Assembly (NCBI RefSeq): GCF_020745735.1
Contig: NC_083408.1
Span: 64,634,484-64,698,483 of the forward strand
DNA: 64,000 bases
Direction: 5' to 3'
Source: Hemiscyllium ocellatum
Taxonomy: Eukaryota
The position numbers were made by a program, and so were the translations under genes. Positions 36,879 to 50,080 of this stretch are shown one piece after another. Numbering within the stretch: the stretch's first letter is position 1; each line of letters starts with the position of its first letter. The notes below the pieces were generated by a model. The model did not search any database. It was not told where the DNA came from and worked only from the letters and a program-made list of their open reading frames with translations.

Positions 36879-38738
36879 CTGAAAAAAAAGATATGAGTGA
36901 GGGAAAATGAGAACCACATCTTTTTAATCATGTGAAAAGAACCACAAAAAATGACTACTGTCTATACAATAACCCATTTGCTTAGCTTCAGTATCAGTTT
37001 GTGCCAATAAGGAGGGGAAAAAAACTTTGCTATTGAAATATGCACCAGGAAAAGGATTCAAAGTCATCAGTGGAGGCAATAGATAATTTTAATTGTTGCA
37101 ACAAGGCAATTATTTCAGCAGCGTATGTACAAATTGTATACAGAGCCATCTAATAATATCAAGTTTTTTCTGACAAAAAGGCTTTAGAAAAACTTCGCAC
37201 ACACTTTACAGAAACAGCTGCCAGCCTAAACCCACTCTTCCTCACCATGAACTTTATTACACTGCAGATGTTCATCTGGAAAATGGATTGTGTTACAGAA
37301 AGGATGTAAGTCTGGTCAAAATGTCTGGCTGGTTACTGTACATCAAGGGAAGCTCTGTTTGCAGTGGAGTGGTCTTGAGGCGGCTGTTGTATATTTTAAG
37401 TTTGGAGTTGACTGTGAATGAGAAACTAATGACTCAGTGTGTGATTTATAGAACCACAAACTGCCTTATATTTCACACAGTAAGTAAAAAGTAGATAGAC
37501 TTGCTACTGCAACCAAGAATGTGAACTGACACACGACAATAATTGAACAGCCAGCACAGCATTCAATTTCCACTGACAGTCTGCCACAGGAAAGAAATTC
37601 AGGTTTAAAGAAAGATCTGGATTTTTCACTCAGCTGAGTGAAATAACCTACATTATTCCAGTGTAGATGCAAGTTGCAATTGGGATCACTGCAGAATCCT
37701 TATCGCAACAGACTCCAAAGGAGTTATCCAGGAAACTGAAGATTGTGTTGGCAATTCCCCTACCTATGGAACCCCCTGAAAGCCACCCTCCACTCAACTT
37801 AGAGAATTCAGAAGATTTTGATGAATTCAAATAAGTTGTTTCCCAGGAAAGTTAAGACTGTTAAATACATAATCTAAGTCCAGTATAATTCTTCTGATCA
37901 CATATTTACCTCACTTCCCCACCTCCCAGTTATAGCTCTCCCAGATCATTTCCATATTCCACATGTCATGCCAACCCTGCACCACTCCCTTCTTCCACTC
38001 CTGACCTGATCCCATTCACCTCCAGCACCTGTCCCCAATTTCCCCTTGCATACCCAGCCTCATTTTACCCTTGGGATTTGATCCCTGTTCACCTGTTCTA
38101 GACCTGCTCACCACTTGCCCCTCTCTGGACCAACTCCCTCCTTCCTATGCCTTTCCCCTTACCCAGGCCCAATCTACCTCCACCAACTCAGGCATGTCCC
38201 TTGCCCTTCTTTCCCTGCTCCAGACTCAATCTGCCTTTTCCTCCCAGGATCCGGAAACTTCACTGCTCCAAACTTAATCTGCCTTCAGTGTCCTCACCCC
38301 CAGGATCTGATCCACCCCCTTAAGCTGTACCTGAATAGCCCCCCAGAATCCAACACCAATGTCTGTTGCTTCCCTCTAGACCAGATCTCTCCCACCTAGC
38401 TCAAACTACCTTCATCACTGCATCATTTACCTGGACCTTTTGCCCCTGTCATCCTACCTGGCACCTTACCTCTTGGCAACCAGCAAGTTAATACCCTAGA
38501 TACCCACATCATTGTATCCAACTACACCCAAACCGCATTCTTACTTATTGTTTGACAGCAGCTGTCAAAATGAGTGTAATTCTAAACCTTAACATTTCAG
38601 TATATAGCAACTGATTACTGAGAAAGGGGGCCTTGGTTTGCCTTCACCTAACAGTTCAGCATGACAAGATATCTGTCAGAATGGAAGTCTGGCTCCACAT
38701 TTCTGAAGGAGCCCTGAATGGAATCTCCTCCCTGAAAT

Positions 38739-39072
38739 GGGCAGCACAATTGCTCAGTGGTTAGGACTGCTGCCTCACAGTGCTAGGAATAGATGTTCAA
38801 TTCCATCTTCAGGTGACTGTCTGTACGGAGTTTATGCATTCTCCCCAAGTCGGCATGGATTTTCTCCGGGTGGTCGGGTTTCCTCCTATAGTCCAAAGGT
38901 GTGCGCCTAGATGGGTTGGTCATGGTCAATTGCCCATGCTATCCAGTGATGTACAGGCTGGGTGGATTAGCCATGGGAAATGCAGGGTTATACTGTCGGA
39001 GGGGGATGGACCTGATTGGGATGCTCTTTAGGGGCTTGGCCTGATGGGCCAAATGGTCTGTTTCCACACTTG
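38739..39072 (+). mobile_element. HE1-family SINE (older)
   Basis: gctcagtggttaggactgctgcctcacagtg head and ggtctgtttccacact tail. Confidence 0.85.
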
Positions 39073-39982
39073 CACAACAAAATGTACAGAAATTTAAATA
39101 TAAGATTCTTATGCCAAGATAAGATTCTTACGCTGCAATGGTGCTGGTAAAGGAAATGAAGCCAGTGCTCACAATTGTCACCTGAAGATTGGTTCGGCAG
39201 CTGAGGTCTCCTTAAAAGGCATGTAGTGATCATTAAAGAGGTCACACACCATTTTGCCTCAATTACTATTGGGAGTAAACATAGCATTGATGTTGATTTC
39301 AAGAACTACTTAAAGGGGTATTCACCATTTCATGTTGATTATTGTGAAGAAGATCTCATTGGAACCCATTCCAGAACACTGTCAGTATTTTAATACTGGA
39401 GCAATTTTTATTGAATAAACTGTCTGAAGATTTCAACCAGAGCGGTGAGTGATATTTGCTACTCCAACTTATAGAAGTCTGCAGGAGAAAGGAAGTGCTT
39501 GGTTATGAAGAGTAGGAGGCAGAGAAGCAGCAGTTGTTGCAGGAAATAAGAACAAGAATGCACTGATGTTCTTCCATCACCACTTCATCAATACAGTACA
39601 TCCCTCCTCTACTGGAATTTCTCCACACAGGCCACCAGTGTGACACACAAGGACCAAACACAATTTGTCTTGCCCCAATTTATTCTGCAACATTACTGCT
39701 GTGTGTCAGCCAATACACATCACACCTTCAGTGGAAATAGATGTGAGACGTACAGCACTATGAAAATTGTGTCCAATATTCTCGTTAGTTTTTTGAGTGG
39801 TAAACCTACAAGTTTCTGGTTTATGACTTTCAGCTGCATTTAGATTAGGAGGAAGATTGCATATTACATTTGGACCTGCCAAAAGGCTTGCCTTTTTAAT
39901 ACTGTAACCATTTCACATATGTTTTCAAGATTGGCCAAAGCAACACATTAGAAGTCAGTTAAGTACATTTGGATTGATTTAC

Positions 39983-40109
39983 ATCCTAACCCTGGATGAA
40001 CTATGGCAGATAGCTGTCGATCAAGTGGTTTTAAATTTTTACAACTCCTTTTGTTTGTATATAGGCATGAACCATGCATATCGTTGTAAAACCTGTGGAT
40101 GTTGTTCTT
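39983..40109 (-). CDS. candidate exon (KNNIHRFYNDMHGSCLYTNKRSCKNLKPLDRQLSAIVHPGLG)
   Basis: Strong acceptor ttggctttgtatttcag|, weaker donor T|gtaaat, phase 0 to 1. Confidence 0.3.
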
Positions 40110-40299
40110 CTGAAATACAAAGCCAACGAATCATTTTCAGAACAGCTTATATAAAGCTCTGATAATGAATTATATTCTAATATAAAATGCCTCAATTTCC
40201 ATTCAATCAGGACTAAATATTAGCCCAGTTTTTAAAAGAACTTCTGTGTCAAATCTATGTCCTTAACTTGTTTTATGTTCTTGTTATAGGAGGTATTAC

Positions 40300-40345
40300 C
40301 GTTGGTAAATCAAACATTTCTACCATTTTCGTCACCATATCCATT
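40300..40345 (-). CDS. candidate exon (MDMVTKMVEMFDLPT)
   Basis: Donor ACG|gtaata, modest acceptor, phase-0 end compatible with exon starting at 40109. Confidence 0.2.
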
Positions 40346-40744
40346 CTGATGACATGATCAGATAATACACACATAGAGTATAATTCCTTCACTCAAAGTA
40401 CCATAATGACACTATTCAGTCTCCCCATAATGATCCACTTAACCTCTCCTGAGTGAGATCACTAAATTGGTACCTTATTATATGTCATGTTTCATGGTCC
40501 TAGTTGCATGACAATCTTTACTGAGATTGCTCAAGTTAAAAGCACAGAGGGGCTTTGCATTCAGGAAAAAAGGACTTTAATCTGCTATCCTAGTCTGCAT
40601 TTGAACCCAAAATTCCAATGTGCTGATTCTATGCATCACAATGGCCCCAAATATTTATTATATTTGATTTTCTAATAAATAGAACATTTCTGTTAAAGTG
40701 TTTCTGAACTTGCAGCTAGACAGACAATTATTTTGTGAATCTTC

Positions 40745-42010
40745 TTTTATTTATTCTAGGAATGGGAATGTCTCTGATTAGGCTAACATTTATTGCCCAT
40801 TATCCTGGAGAAGATGCTTTGTCCTGCGTGGTGTCAAGCTTCTTGAGTGACATTGGAGCTGCACCTTTCACACTCCTGACTTGTGCCTTGCAGATGGTAG
40901 CCAGGCAGTGGGGAAACAGGAGGTGAGTTACTCGCCACAGATGTCTTAGCCTCTGACCTGGCTCTTGTCACCACATTATGTATATGACAGATCCAGTTCA
41001 GTTGCTGGTCAATGGTAATCCCCTGGCTGTTGATAATGGGGGATTCAGCAATAGTCATGTCATTGACTGTGAAGAGCAAATGGTTAGAATCTGTTTTCTT
41101 GGAGGTAGTCATTGTTCAGCACTTGTGTGGCATGAATGCTATATGCCACTTATCAGCCTTAGTCTGGAAGTTGTCCAGGTCTTGCTGCATATTGTGAATG
41201 TTATGCAATCATCAGTGAATATCTCCACTCATGACCATATAATAGAGGAGAGATCATTGATGAAGCAGCTGAAATTATTTCAGTCAGAACACTACCCTGA
41301 GGAGCTTTGTGGGCTCTGTGATGCAGTGTTAGTGTCCCTACTCTGAGCCAGGAGACCCAGGTTCAAGTCCCACCTGCTTCACTGGTGTATAATAATATCT
41401 CAGCACAGTTGACTAGAAAATATCTACCCTGATGAACTTCTGCAATTATATCCTGAATCTCAGATGACTGATTTCCAACAAACACAACCTTCCTTTGCAT
41501 TAGGACTGACTTCAATCAGCAGAGAGTTTTCCCTGATTTTCATTGTTTCTAATTTTGCTAGGGCTACTTAATGTTTCAGTCATATGCTATCGGTTTACGT
41601 CACTCTCACCTCACCTCTAGAGTTCATCGCTTTTGTCCACATTTAGACTAAGACTGGTTAAGCAAAGTTAAGGGGCTGAATAGTCTAATTATGCTGCTAT
41701 TTCCTTGTGCACAGTGAGGTCAGTACTAGAACAGAACTGGAAGAATCCAGAATCGACATCATTGAAAAGGATATTCATTTGCAAGTTCTGCTTTGTAGCA
41801 GTGCTGATGATGAGAGTAGACTGATAGGGCAGTAATTGAATGGGTTGGATTTGTCCTGCTTCTTCTGCACAGGACATACCTGGGCAATTTTCCACATTAT
41901 CGGATACATGCCACTGTTGTAACTATCATAAAAGGACAGAGGATCATTTTCAAGATGAAAGAGAAGAGAAGGCAGGCAGCCTCTGGAATAGAGCAAGATG
42001 GAAACTGATA
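40745..42010 (-). mobile_element. CR1/L2-clade LINE fragment
   Basis: MWKIAQVCPVQKKQDKSNPFNYCPISL and GITIDQQLNW motifs. Confidence 0.85.
41307..41425 (+). mobile_element. short (~115 bp) tRNA-derived SINE
   Basis: A/B-box-like head (gcagtgttag...ggttcaagtccc) and gactagaaaatatc end; related copies at 42646, 53167 and 58366. Confidence 0.7.
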
Positions 42011-42645
42011 TCTAGGAACCACACGCAATTGAGGCAAAAGCAGAAACCAGGACCTTTGTATTCTCTCATGAAAAACAGGGGTCATGACACTAAATTTTAA
42101 AATGAACAAGTTACTGCTGTTCTTTGACTTGATTTATATGTGCCAATAATAATACTCAGCAACTGAATGGCAATTAAATACAGACGTAAAATATTAAAGT
42201 GAGAATAAAGCTGTCTATGTCAGATAGTATTGCAAGTCCATCTTACTCTCTATGTGAGCAAATGCATTCATGATTTTTATTATTCCTACAGAGAGTTAAC
42301 CTCCCATTTTTTTAATGATAATGCATTGCTTTTTCAGACTTCTACCCTTTCACAAACAGAATTAATTTTGTGAACTTTGCGAGGAAGGTAAAACTCAACT
42401 TTGACAAAGATGCAAAATCAGCAATAGAGGCTTGTCTGTCCATAAGGTGCCTCATTCAATTTCTTTCTAATGACTTCAATGAAATTGGTAATCAAATTGT
42501 GTGACTTATACATTGTCATGCAACTGCCTGTGCCCCTCCCAAAGTGGAGATTTACTCTTTGTATTCTAAATTCTTTAATTAAAAATGCAAATTCAGAGAT
42601 TTTCTATCAGTTGTACTTCTCGTATAATCTTCTTTCATGTATTTT

Positions 42646-42752
42646 CTAAACAATCTGTTCAGAGATGTTATCACACATCTCCAGAGCAAATGGGACTTGA
42701 TCACAACTTCCTAATTCAGAGGTAGGGACACTACCACTGCTCCACAAAGGAT
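42646..42752 (-). mobile_element. short tRNA-derived SINE
   Basis: Reverse complement of the 41307-41425 family. Confidence 0.6.
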
Positions 42753-43039
42753 CCCCCTCAGTCATCCCATTAAGAATGAGATGCAATGAGAAAAGAATGT
42801 GATCCACTCTTAGTTCAGAATTTAAAGGCTTCAGTTGGCTGTGGGATGGGAATACTGTCCATCAGGTTTCCAAGCAAATGTTTTGCTGGGATTGTGGCAG
42901 TGACTGAGTCCTCAGCTACAACCTTCTCCCCAATTAAATAGACCCTCACCACCAACCTCACTGTGAGTGAAGACAAAAATGCTGCCCAATGACTGGAAAT
43001 TCATTGGACTTGGGTTACTTTCATTGAATCCCAACAATG

Positions 43040-43293
43040 TGGTTAGAGGCCATTCAGCCCATTGAGCCTGCATTGACCCTCCAAAGTGCATTCACCCAGA
43101 TACAGGCCCCCACCCAATTCCTGGAATCCTTCATCTAGTCAGCACATCTCTGGACACTATGTGGCAATTTACCACAGCCAGTCCACCTAAAGTGCATATC
43201 CTTGGACTGTAAGAGGAAACCAGAGCACCTGGTAGAAACCCACATAGGCACAGGGGCTGGAATTGAACCTTGGTCCCTGGTGCAGTGAGGCAC
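43040..43293 (-). mobile_element. HE1-family SINE (older)
   Basis: ttggactgtaagaggaaaccagagcacc core and gaattgaacc B box. Confidence 0.75.
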
Positions 43294-43338
43294 TGAGTGA
43301 CCCTAGCAGGAAACCTGAGAACTTTTCACCATTTAAGA

Positions 43339-43540
43339 CAGGTATTCCCAAATTGGGAGTTGGGACCCCAAGTGGAGTCATGAGCTGATATTTTAAGGCC
43401 ACAACAGAACTCTGACGGGTATAACAGCTATACTCCTGCTCTAAGAGGCACCTCGATCCAGCCCCGTTTTCACCAAGAGGTCACAACAATTTTAAAGCCT
43501 TGAATTCAAGTCACATTGGAAAAAACTTGGGGAAACACTG
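43339..43540. mobile_element. hAT/Charlie-type MITE
   Basis: Imperfect TIRs caggtattcccaaatt / aacttggggaaacactg and gggacccc...ggagtca subterminal motif; no clear TSD. Confidence 0.5.
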
Positions 43541-44067
43541 CTGAACAAATGATTTGATCCCGTTCCAATAGTGCAGTTCACCCACTGTTTCCCTAGTACT
43601 GGTGGTAATGCCCCATGCATTAACATCCTGCCTCTGACACCATTATCCAGACATGCATCTAATCATCCCTCTGTTCTTTTTCATGTGGAGAGGTAACAAT
43701 TCTGGAATTGTCTGAAGTTTGTATTTATATTTCAAACTAGCAACTCAAATTTATCCATCAGAACCTAATTCCTATTCTACCCATGGTGGCGGTTCTTATG
43801 TAAACCATGCTAACTGGATAGTTAGCCCTCACATGCAAACTGCTTCAGCTGCAAATTTTCATTCTTCAACCCATTAGCAGGGAGGCAATAAAACTTCAGA
43901 TTGTGGTTGCACTTAACAGCACTGAATTATAGCTTACATATTTAATCAACTTAGCTTGTATTCATCTCAGAAAATTAAGTTATTATATGTAAATTAGAAA
44001 TGTTTACTTCTACTTTATACAGTCACCTCCTTCTTATGCAGTTGCATTGCTTTGAGAATTTGTGCTT

Positions 44068-44165
44068 GTTTTCTCTCCGCAGATGCTGCCAGATCTGCTG
44101 AGTTTTTCCAGCAATTTCTGTTTTTGTTTCTGATTCCCAGCATCCACCATTCTTTGTTCTTTTTT
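44068..44165 (+). mobile_element. PLE-derived terminal fragment
   Basis: gatgctgccagatctgctgagtttttccagca motif. Confidence 0.6.
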
Positions 44166-44439
44166 GAGATTTTGGTTCTTGTTCTCAGAGCCATACACAT
44201 TCTGTCTGTTTTTGTTTTATTCCCTTGGGATCCATCTCTTAACTACTTTATATTTGTGCACTACATTTACCTAGAAGATGCTTTGTAAATGCATGTTGTT
44301 GTTGAGATGCTCCCAATTCAAACTACACAGGTATGGTCAAATTAAATTTATCAAATCTTTGGCAAATGCATAACAACTATATCATTATAACTGTCTTTTT
44401 CCTCCCATCTCCAGAATTACTTCAGGAACTCTTCAAAAA

Positions 44440-44560
44440 TCTATCCCTGGTGCTATCCTTTTCTGCATCTGCCAAAATCCTCTCAGCAATATTGCTCGTA
44501 AGCTGCAGGTTCAACTTCAGCATTTAAACTGACAACGTACATCCTCACTTCTCTAGAACC
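44440..44560 (+). mobile_element. L2-type RT remnant
   Basis: Decayed GPLLF..Y..PL..I.RK...YADD.QLY-like translation. Confidence 0.4.
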
Positions 44561-45055
44561 TCCCTTTCTGACTTGAAACCAAAATATAGCTGATGTTGGA
44601 AGTCTCAAAGAAACACAGAAATCAGGGAGCCAGAGAAGCTCATTTCTATGTGTTTATATGTTGGCAATGAAACTCAGAGCCCTTGCTGTCAAATGGAAAG
44701 GATCATTGGGAATCATGAAACAAAGTGGCAGTCAAGATGAACCCTTCAGTGGGTCTACCCCGGCGTTCACCCAACTTGGTTTTCACCTTGATCAGCTTGA
44801 TGGGTTCCTCAGACAACCCTCCAGCACACAGTGCTGATAGCCTGATGGTGCAAGCAGGATTACAATTGTAGGAATAATTCCACACCCCACTCCCCAAATA
44901 ACACCCCATACTTGAACATCTAAGATGGCAGCACAATAGGGGTGGGTCAGGTCTCACACCTAGGTGTGGGTTCCCAGTTGGAATATGTTTGCATACCATG
45001 AATGCTCATTGTAGCAATTAAGTGCTTTCCTCAAGAGTAAGTCAGCCCTGCATAG

Positions 45056-45192
45056 GAGTCAAAAAGGGTTGCATTTGAAAAGCACATCAGGTCAGGCAGC
45101 ATCTGAGCAGCAGGATACTGCCCGATCTGCTGTGCTTTTCCAACATACCCTTTTCGACTCTGACTCTCCAGCATCTGCAATCCTCACTTTCT
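45056..45192. mobile_element. older fold-back PLE insertion
   Basis: Inverted repeat gagtc...aaaagcacatcaggtcaggcagcatc / gatactgcccgatctgctgtgctttt...gactc. Confidence 0.7.
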
Positions 45193-47479
45193 TGTGGCCC
45201 TGCACAGTAACCTCATGGCCTCCCAGTTCACATTTGTTTAAAAGTACCACACACCAGTTGCTCTTGTACAGCTAAGTCTAAGTTCAGCAATTTTCTCTGT
45301 CACAAGGACCGGAGGCAGGAGACTAACAGTTTGCATAGAGGCTTGAGACCTGGAAGGGTATTCAACAGGTGATGAGGTGGGTGGGAGTGACATGTGTGTG
45401 TGGAATGGGGTTATGGAGGAGTGAAGAGGGAATAGACCTGGCTTCTTCAATATGTTGGATGAATGACAGTAAATAAAAAAAGGTCAAGAATGATGGGGAA
45501 CAGTTTTGGAGATAATAGCTACAAGTTAGTAAACTCAGAAAATAATGAAATTACTGAGGCAATGCAATTTGGCAAGTGGGTTGTGGCCATGACGCAGATC
45601 ATCTCTGTTTGTCAAAGTGGTTCTCTTATTGCCTGCTCTTACCTGCCACATTAACAGTTGTTAGCAGGCTTTTAGTCACCTGCCGCACAATTGCATGTGC
45701 CTATCTTATTGCAGATTGAGTGAAAACTGCCTGCTGACACGACAGCAACAACTATCACTTTCAGTTTCACTAGTGGGAATGGCACACCAGCCATGGTCTC
45801 TATTAATGGTGCTTATATTTCCATACTGTTTCACTTGGACTTTTTCCAAAGAGTCATATGATTCCTTGTTTATCATAGCTTGAAAAACCTGTTTACATAC
45901 TGAATATAAAGGTTTCTTACTTTCACACGGCAGTTCCCTCAATCTTTTCAATCACATTGACTGTGGTAACTTCACAGTCTATCTGAAATTTTATAGACCA
46001 ATATCATGACTACAGTTTGCTAGATTGTGGTTAACTTGCTGGAAGTTAAAAGGGAAAATAGCCTATTAATTTTATAGGCTATTCTGGTGATGTACCTAAT
46101 GGAATGTTTTTTTTCTTCTTTCACAAATGTAACTCTGGCAGCAAGAGTTACTGTGTTAGTTTGCTTTTTATGTGTTATAAACTACAGGTTATTTTCACTT
46201 CAATGGTGGCTGGTTGCAAAAAGAAATTGTATTTATGATTTCCTCTTAGTTCAGGATCACTTTAGCTATTACTGTTCATATGACTTTCAGTTCCTGTCAC
46301 ATTATCTTGCATAATTTTATCCATCTGTGAGTACCTTGATCTGGAGTGATTTATTGCAGGATTATAGCAAGGATATTGTGTCCATGGCTGAAATTAATCA
46401 AGTTCTCAAATAAATGATCTGAGATGAAAGAAAAGGATAAAGGAGAAGTACAAAGATTAAAACTGAAAATTACTTTTTTAGGGTAGACATTGAGATCATC
46501 TCCTCTAAAGATTTTGTGAAATTACTAAATCCCATTTTTAAAAGAATGGGTTGCCTCAGGAACTTGGAAGGAAGACTGAGATAGCTATGAATACGTCGTT
46601 TGCACAGCATAGCTCCATTATATCTAGTGTTCCTGTAATAATTCACTGTTCAACTCAGATCAGGCTGAAAGATTCCTATTGAGTACTATCTGGAATTTGA
46701 ATCTGAAAATACAAACATTTTGATGCCCATTCTGGCATCATCAAATTTAACTCAAACTTCTGCCACAACTATTAGAAAACTCTGATGTGGTTTCTTGGGT
46801 CAAACACCACTGCCAGTATGTCATGGTTTGAATGCTTTCCTATAAGTTAGCCCATTTAATGTACACTGTGAAGACTCACATATTGTTGAGACAGATGTCT
46901 TGATGTTTATTAACAAGACTAACTGCTTACATTATGTCACAATATCTCAGACTTGCGTATGGCCTGGACTCTGACCATACTACTTACTGATGTTTCAGCT
47001 ACTTTACATGTTTGTAACATAATGTCTACACATGTCTGCCTGACTAACTGCCCGTTACATTAACTCCATTGCACTGTGAATACTGAAAATAAGGCAAGGA
47101 TCTTTATACTAGAATATCACATGTTGTGATACTGTCTTAGAAGTACACTGTGTTTCTGAGATCTGTACAATTAAACAAAGTAATCCAAATTTAATAATGA
47201 GTTGAAATCAGAGAGAAAATTGAGACACAATAGTTGTGCTGTACTTATAATGTATATTTTTTCTTTAAAATTATATTAATGCTTCAACTCATTTAATAAT
47301 CACTCATGGACATCAGGAATAGTATATTTATGAACTTACAATCAGGGGAGTTTTTCAATTTTAATTTAACTTTAGTATAAAAATACATTCAAATCACTGG
47401 ACAAAGAAATTATATCCAATTTAAAAAAACTTTCTCTGAACCACCTCCACTTACCAGCACACAATATTTGAAAAGTGGT

Positions 47480-49060
47480 CTCAGCAATGCCCTGTACAAT
47501 TGAAGTATAACAACCTTACTTTTGTGTTCAATTCCTCTTGTTTAAAGAATAGCATCCCATTAGGCTTCCACATTATGTATTATGCCTACATAGTATTATA
47601 TTGTAACCCTGCATTAAAACACCTCAATCCTTCTGCACTTCAGACTTCCACAGTCGTTCTCTGTTTAAGGTCATTTTTATTCTTCCTTTCAAAGTGGTCC
47701 ATTTCATGTTTTAACACAGTATACTCCTGCTGCAAGATTTTTTTTGGTCACTCACTGAACCTGTCTATTCCACCTGAAAATCCCTTATGTCTCCTTCACA
47801 ACATACTTTCCGCCTATCTTTGTGTCACCAATAAACTTAGGTGCTATACCTTCACTCTCCTCCACTAAGTTACTGATGTAAATGGTAAAAAAGTTGAGGC
47901 CTAAGTACAGAACTTTGCGAGACTCCACTCATCAAATTCTGCTGAACAGACAAAGATCTATTTATGCATACACTGAATTCTGCCAGCAAGCCAATTTTCG
48001 ACTCACACTAACATGTTTCCCCAAACCATGAGCTTTTATTTCCCGTTGTAACAAATGCCTTCTGGAAGTCTGAACACAGAAGATCCACAGGCTCCCATTT
48101 ATCTACAACACATGTCATTCATTCAAACAACGCTAATAAGTTTGTAAAGAATGATTTCCATTTCATAAAGCCACATTGATTCCTCTCAATTACTTTGATT
48201 TTTTTTTCTAAATGCCCAGCTATAACCTTTTTAGTGGTTGAATGTAATACCTTCCCCATGACAGATGTCAAGTGAACTGGCCCTTGGTTTTGTATTTTTT
48301 GTCTCCCTCCCATTTTGAACAGAAGAGTTATATTTGCTAGTTTCCTGTCTGATTGAACTTTTCCTGATTTTAAAGAATGCATCACCTACCTCATTAGCCA
48401 CTTCATTTGTCACCTTAGGATGAAGTCTTTCTGGTCCTGGAGATTTGACAGACTGCAGTTCAAGCAATTTACTCAACATTGCTTCTCTACAGACTGTAAT
48501 GTTGCTATGTTACTCTCTCCCTTCCACCTGCCAATTTACAACAGATATTACTGGAGTACTTTTTATATCTGGATGTAGGTTTACTTGCTGAGCTGGAAGG
48601 TTCATTTTCAGACGTTTTGTCACCCTACTAGGTAACATCTTCAGTGAGCTTCCGGATGAAGCTATCAGGCCCACAGAAGATGTTACCTAGTAGGGTGACA
48701 AAATGTCTGAAAATGAACCTTCCAGCTCAGCGAGCAAACCTAAACCCAGAACCTCAACCTGAGCTACAAATCTTCTCAAAACTAACTTTTTATATCTTCT
48801 ATATTGAAAAAATCAGAAAATATTTGTTAATTTCATCTACTATTTCCTTATTATCTGGCATTAACTCAAGTCTCACTCACTGTAGGCCCACGTTCACTTT
48901 ACTTTTTTGTTTCTCATACCTTCAGAAATTCTTATTATTCATGTTTACATTTCTAGCTCATTTCTAGTAGTGTTCTAATTTCTTCCTCCGGAGTAACTTT
49001 TAGTTATTCATTGGCATTCTTTGTGTTCTGACCAATCATCTTACGTAGGACTTTATACCA
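47480..49060 (-). mobile_element. CR1 LINE ORF2 fragment
   Basis: KSPGPERLHPKV, LANITLLFKMGGRQK, QCGFMKWKSFFTNLL motifs. Confidence 0.85.
48571..48784 (+). mobile_element. fold-back PLE insertion with two decayed hammerhead cores
   Basis: Inverted repeat ~48569-48644 / ~48674-48750; perfect 13 bp TSD actttttatatct at 48558-48570 and 48785-48797. Confidence 0.85.
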
Positions 49061-49889
49061 GTTGTTCACTTATGTTTTAGGACCACAGGCCCTTGCACAC
49101 CCTCAGTCTCCATGTCCCATCCAAGCCAAACCACACCCTTCAATCACCCTCTTCTATCCTCCAGGCCAACCCATGCAGCCCAGTCATCCCTCCAAGCCAT
49201 TGCTGTATACCAGCTCTGACATGAAAAATCTCCAACTCTTGAAAGTACATACAAAACTTTTTCATCTCCTCAAGTGCTCAGTACCTTATAAAATCAAATT
49301 CCTATTCACAAACCCATATCAAAGAAAGCAGTTAATAAGCTGTCAATTAATAAGCTGTGAGTTTAGAGTACCACCTTCTGAGACTGCAGAAAGCATTCAA
49401 GCATTTATAAAGATCCATTAGGTCATTGGCAAGCAACTGCAATTGTAACGAGGGAACAGCAATAATTTTATCTCAATGGCTGTTTTGTTTTATTTTGTAA
49501 AAATGCTAGAGATTTAAGTAACTATACAGCTTGAAAATTCTCCAAAACTTGTCCAACTTTAGAGCGCATTTACATATGCTGTAAAAATTCAAAATTCCTG
49601 TATAAATAAAGACCCTTGCAGTATTGAAAACAGTGCCTGATAGAACTCAGCACTGAGTTATAATGGCCCTCCTGAGTTCAGGCTTCCTCCACAACTGTAC
49701 CCAAATTGTTTGGGATATATATATTTAGGATTCCGGACTCTATCCCATTCAAAGCACTAGACGCCAGCTCAATTAATAGTTTAAAATCTCAGATTGTTAA
49801 AGTTTTGGTAGCCAAGAAACATGGAGCCCAGGTGCTTATTAATTTCCAATGTACTCCCTAAATTCTGAATGCAGGACTGCAAACTTTTT

Positions 49890-50080
49890 TTCCCCAAGTT
49901 GTCGTTACCAATCATGGACACCATTACTAGCTATTGCCCATAACTCTTCATAGTGCTTTGCAACTGCTCAGTGACATCCTTGACCCTGGCACTAAGGAGG
50001 CAACATCTGCAGCAGCAAGAATGCTTGTCTATTCCCCCAACTCTTGAATCTCCTATAACTATTGTTCTTCCAGATTTCTT
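49890..50080 (-). mobile_element. CR1 ORF1 (SGNH esterase-like) remnant
   Basis: TIVIGDSRVGGIDK and ARVKDVTEQLQ motifs. Confidence 0.65.

Noticed and set aside
41307-41380. tRNA-like sequences at SINE heads
   Set aside because: A/B boxes only, no full cloverleaf; they are SINE promoters rather than tRNA genes
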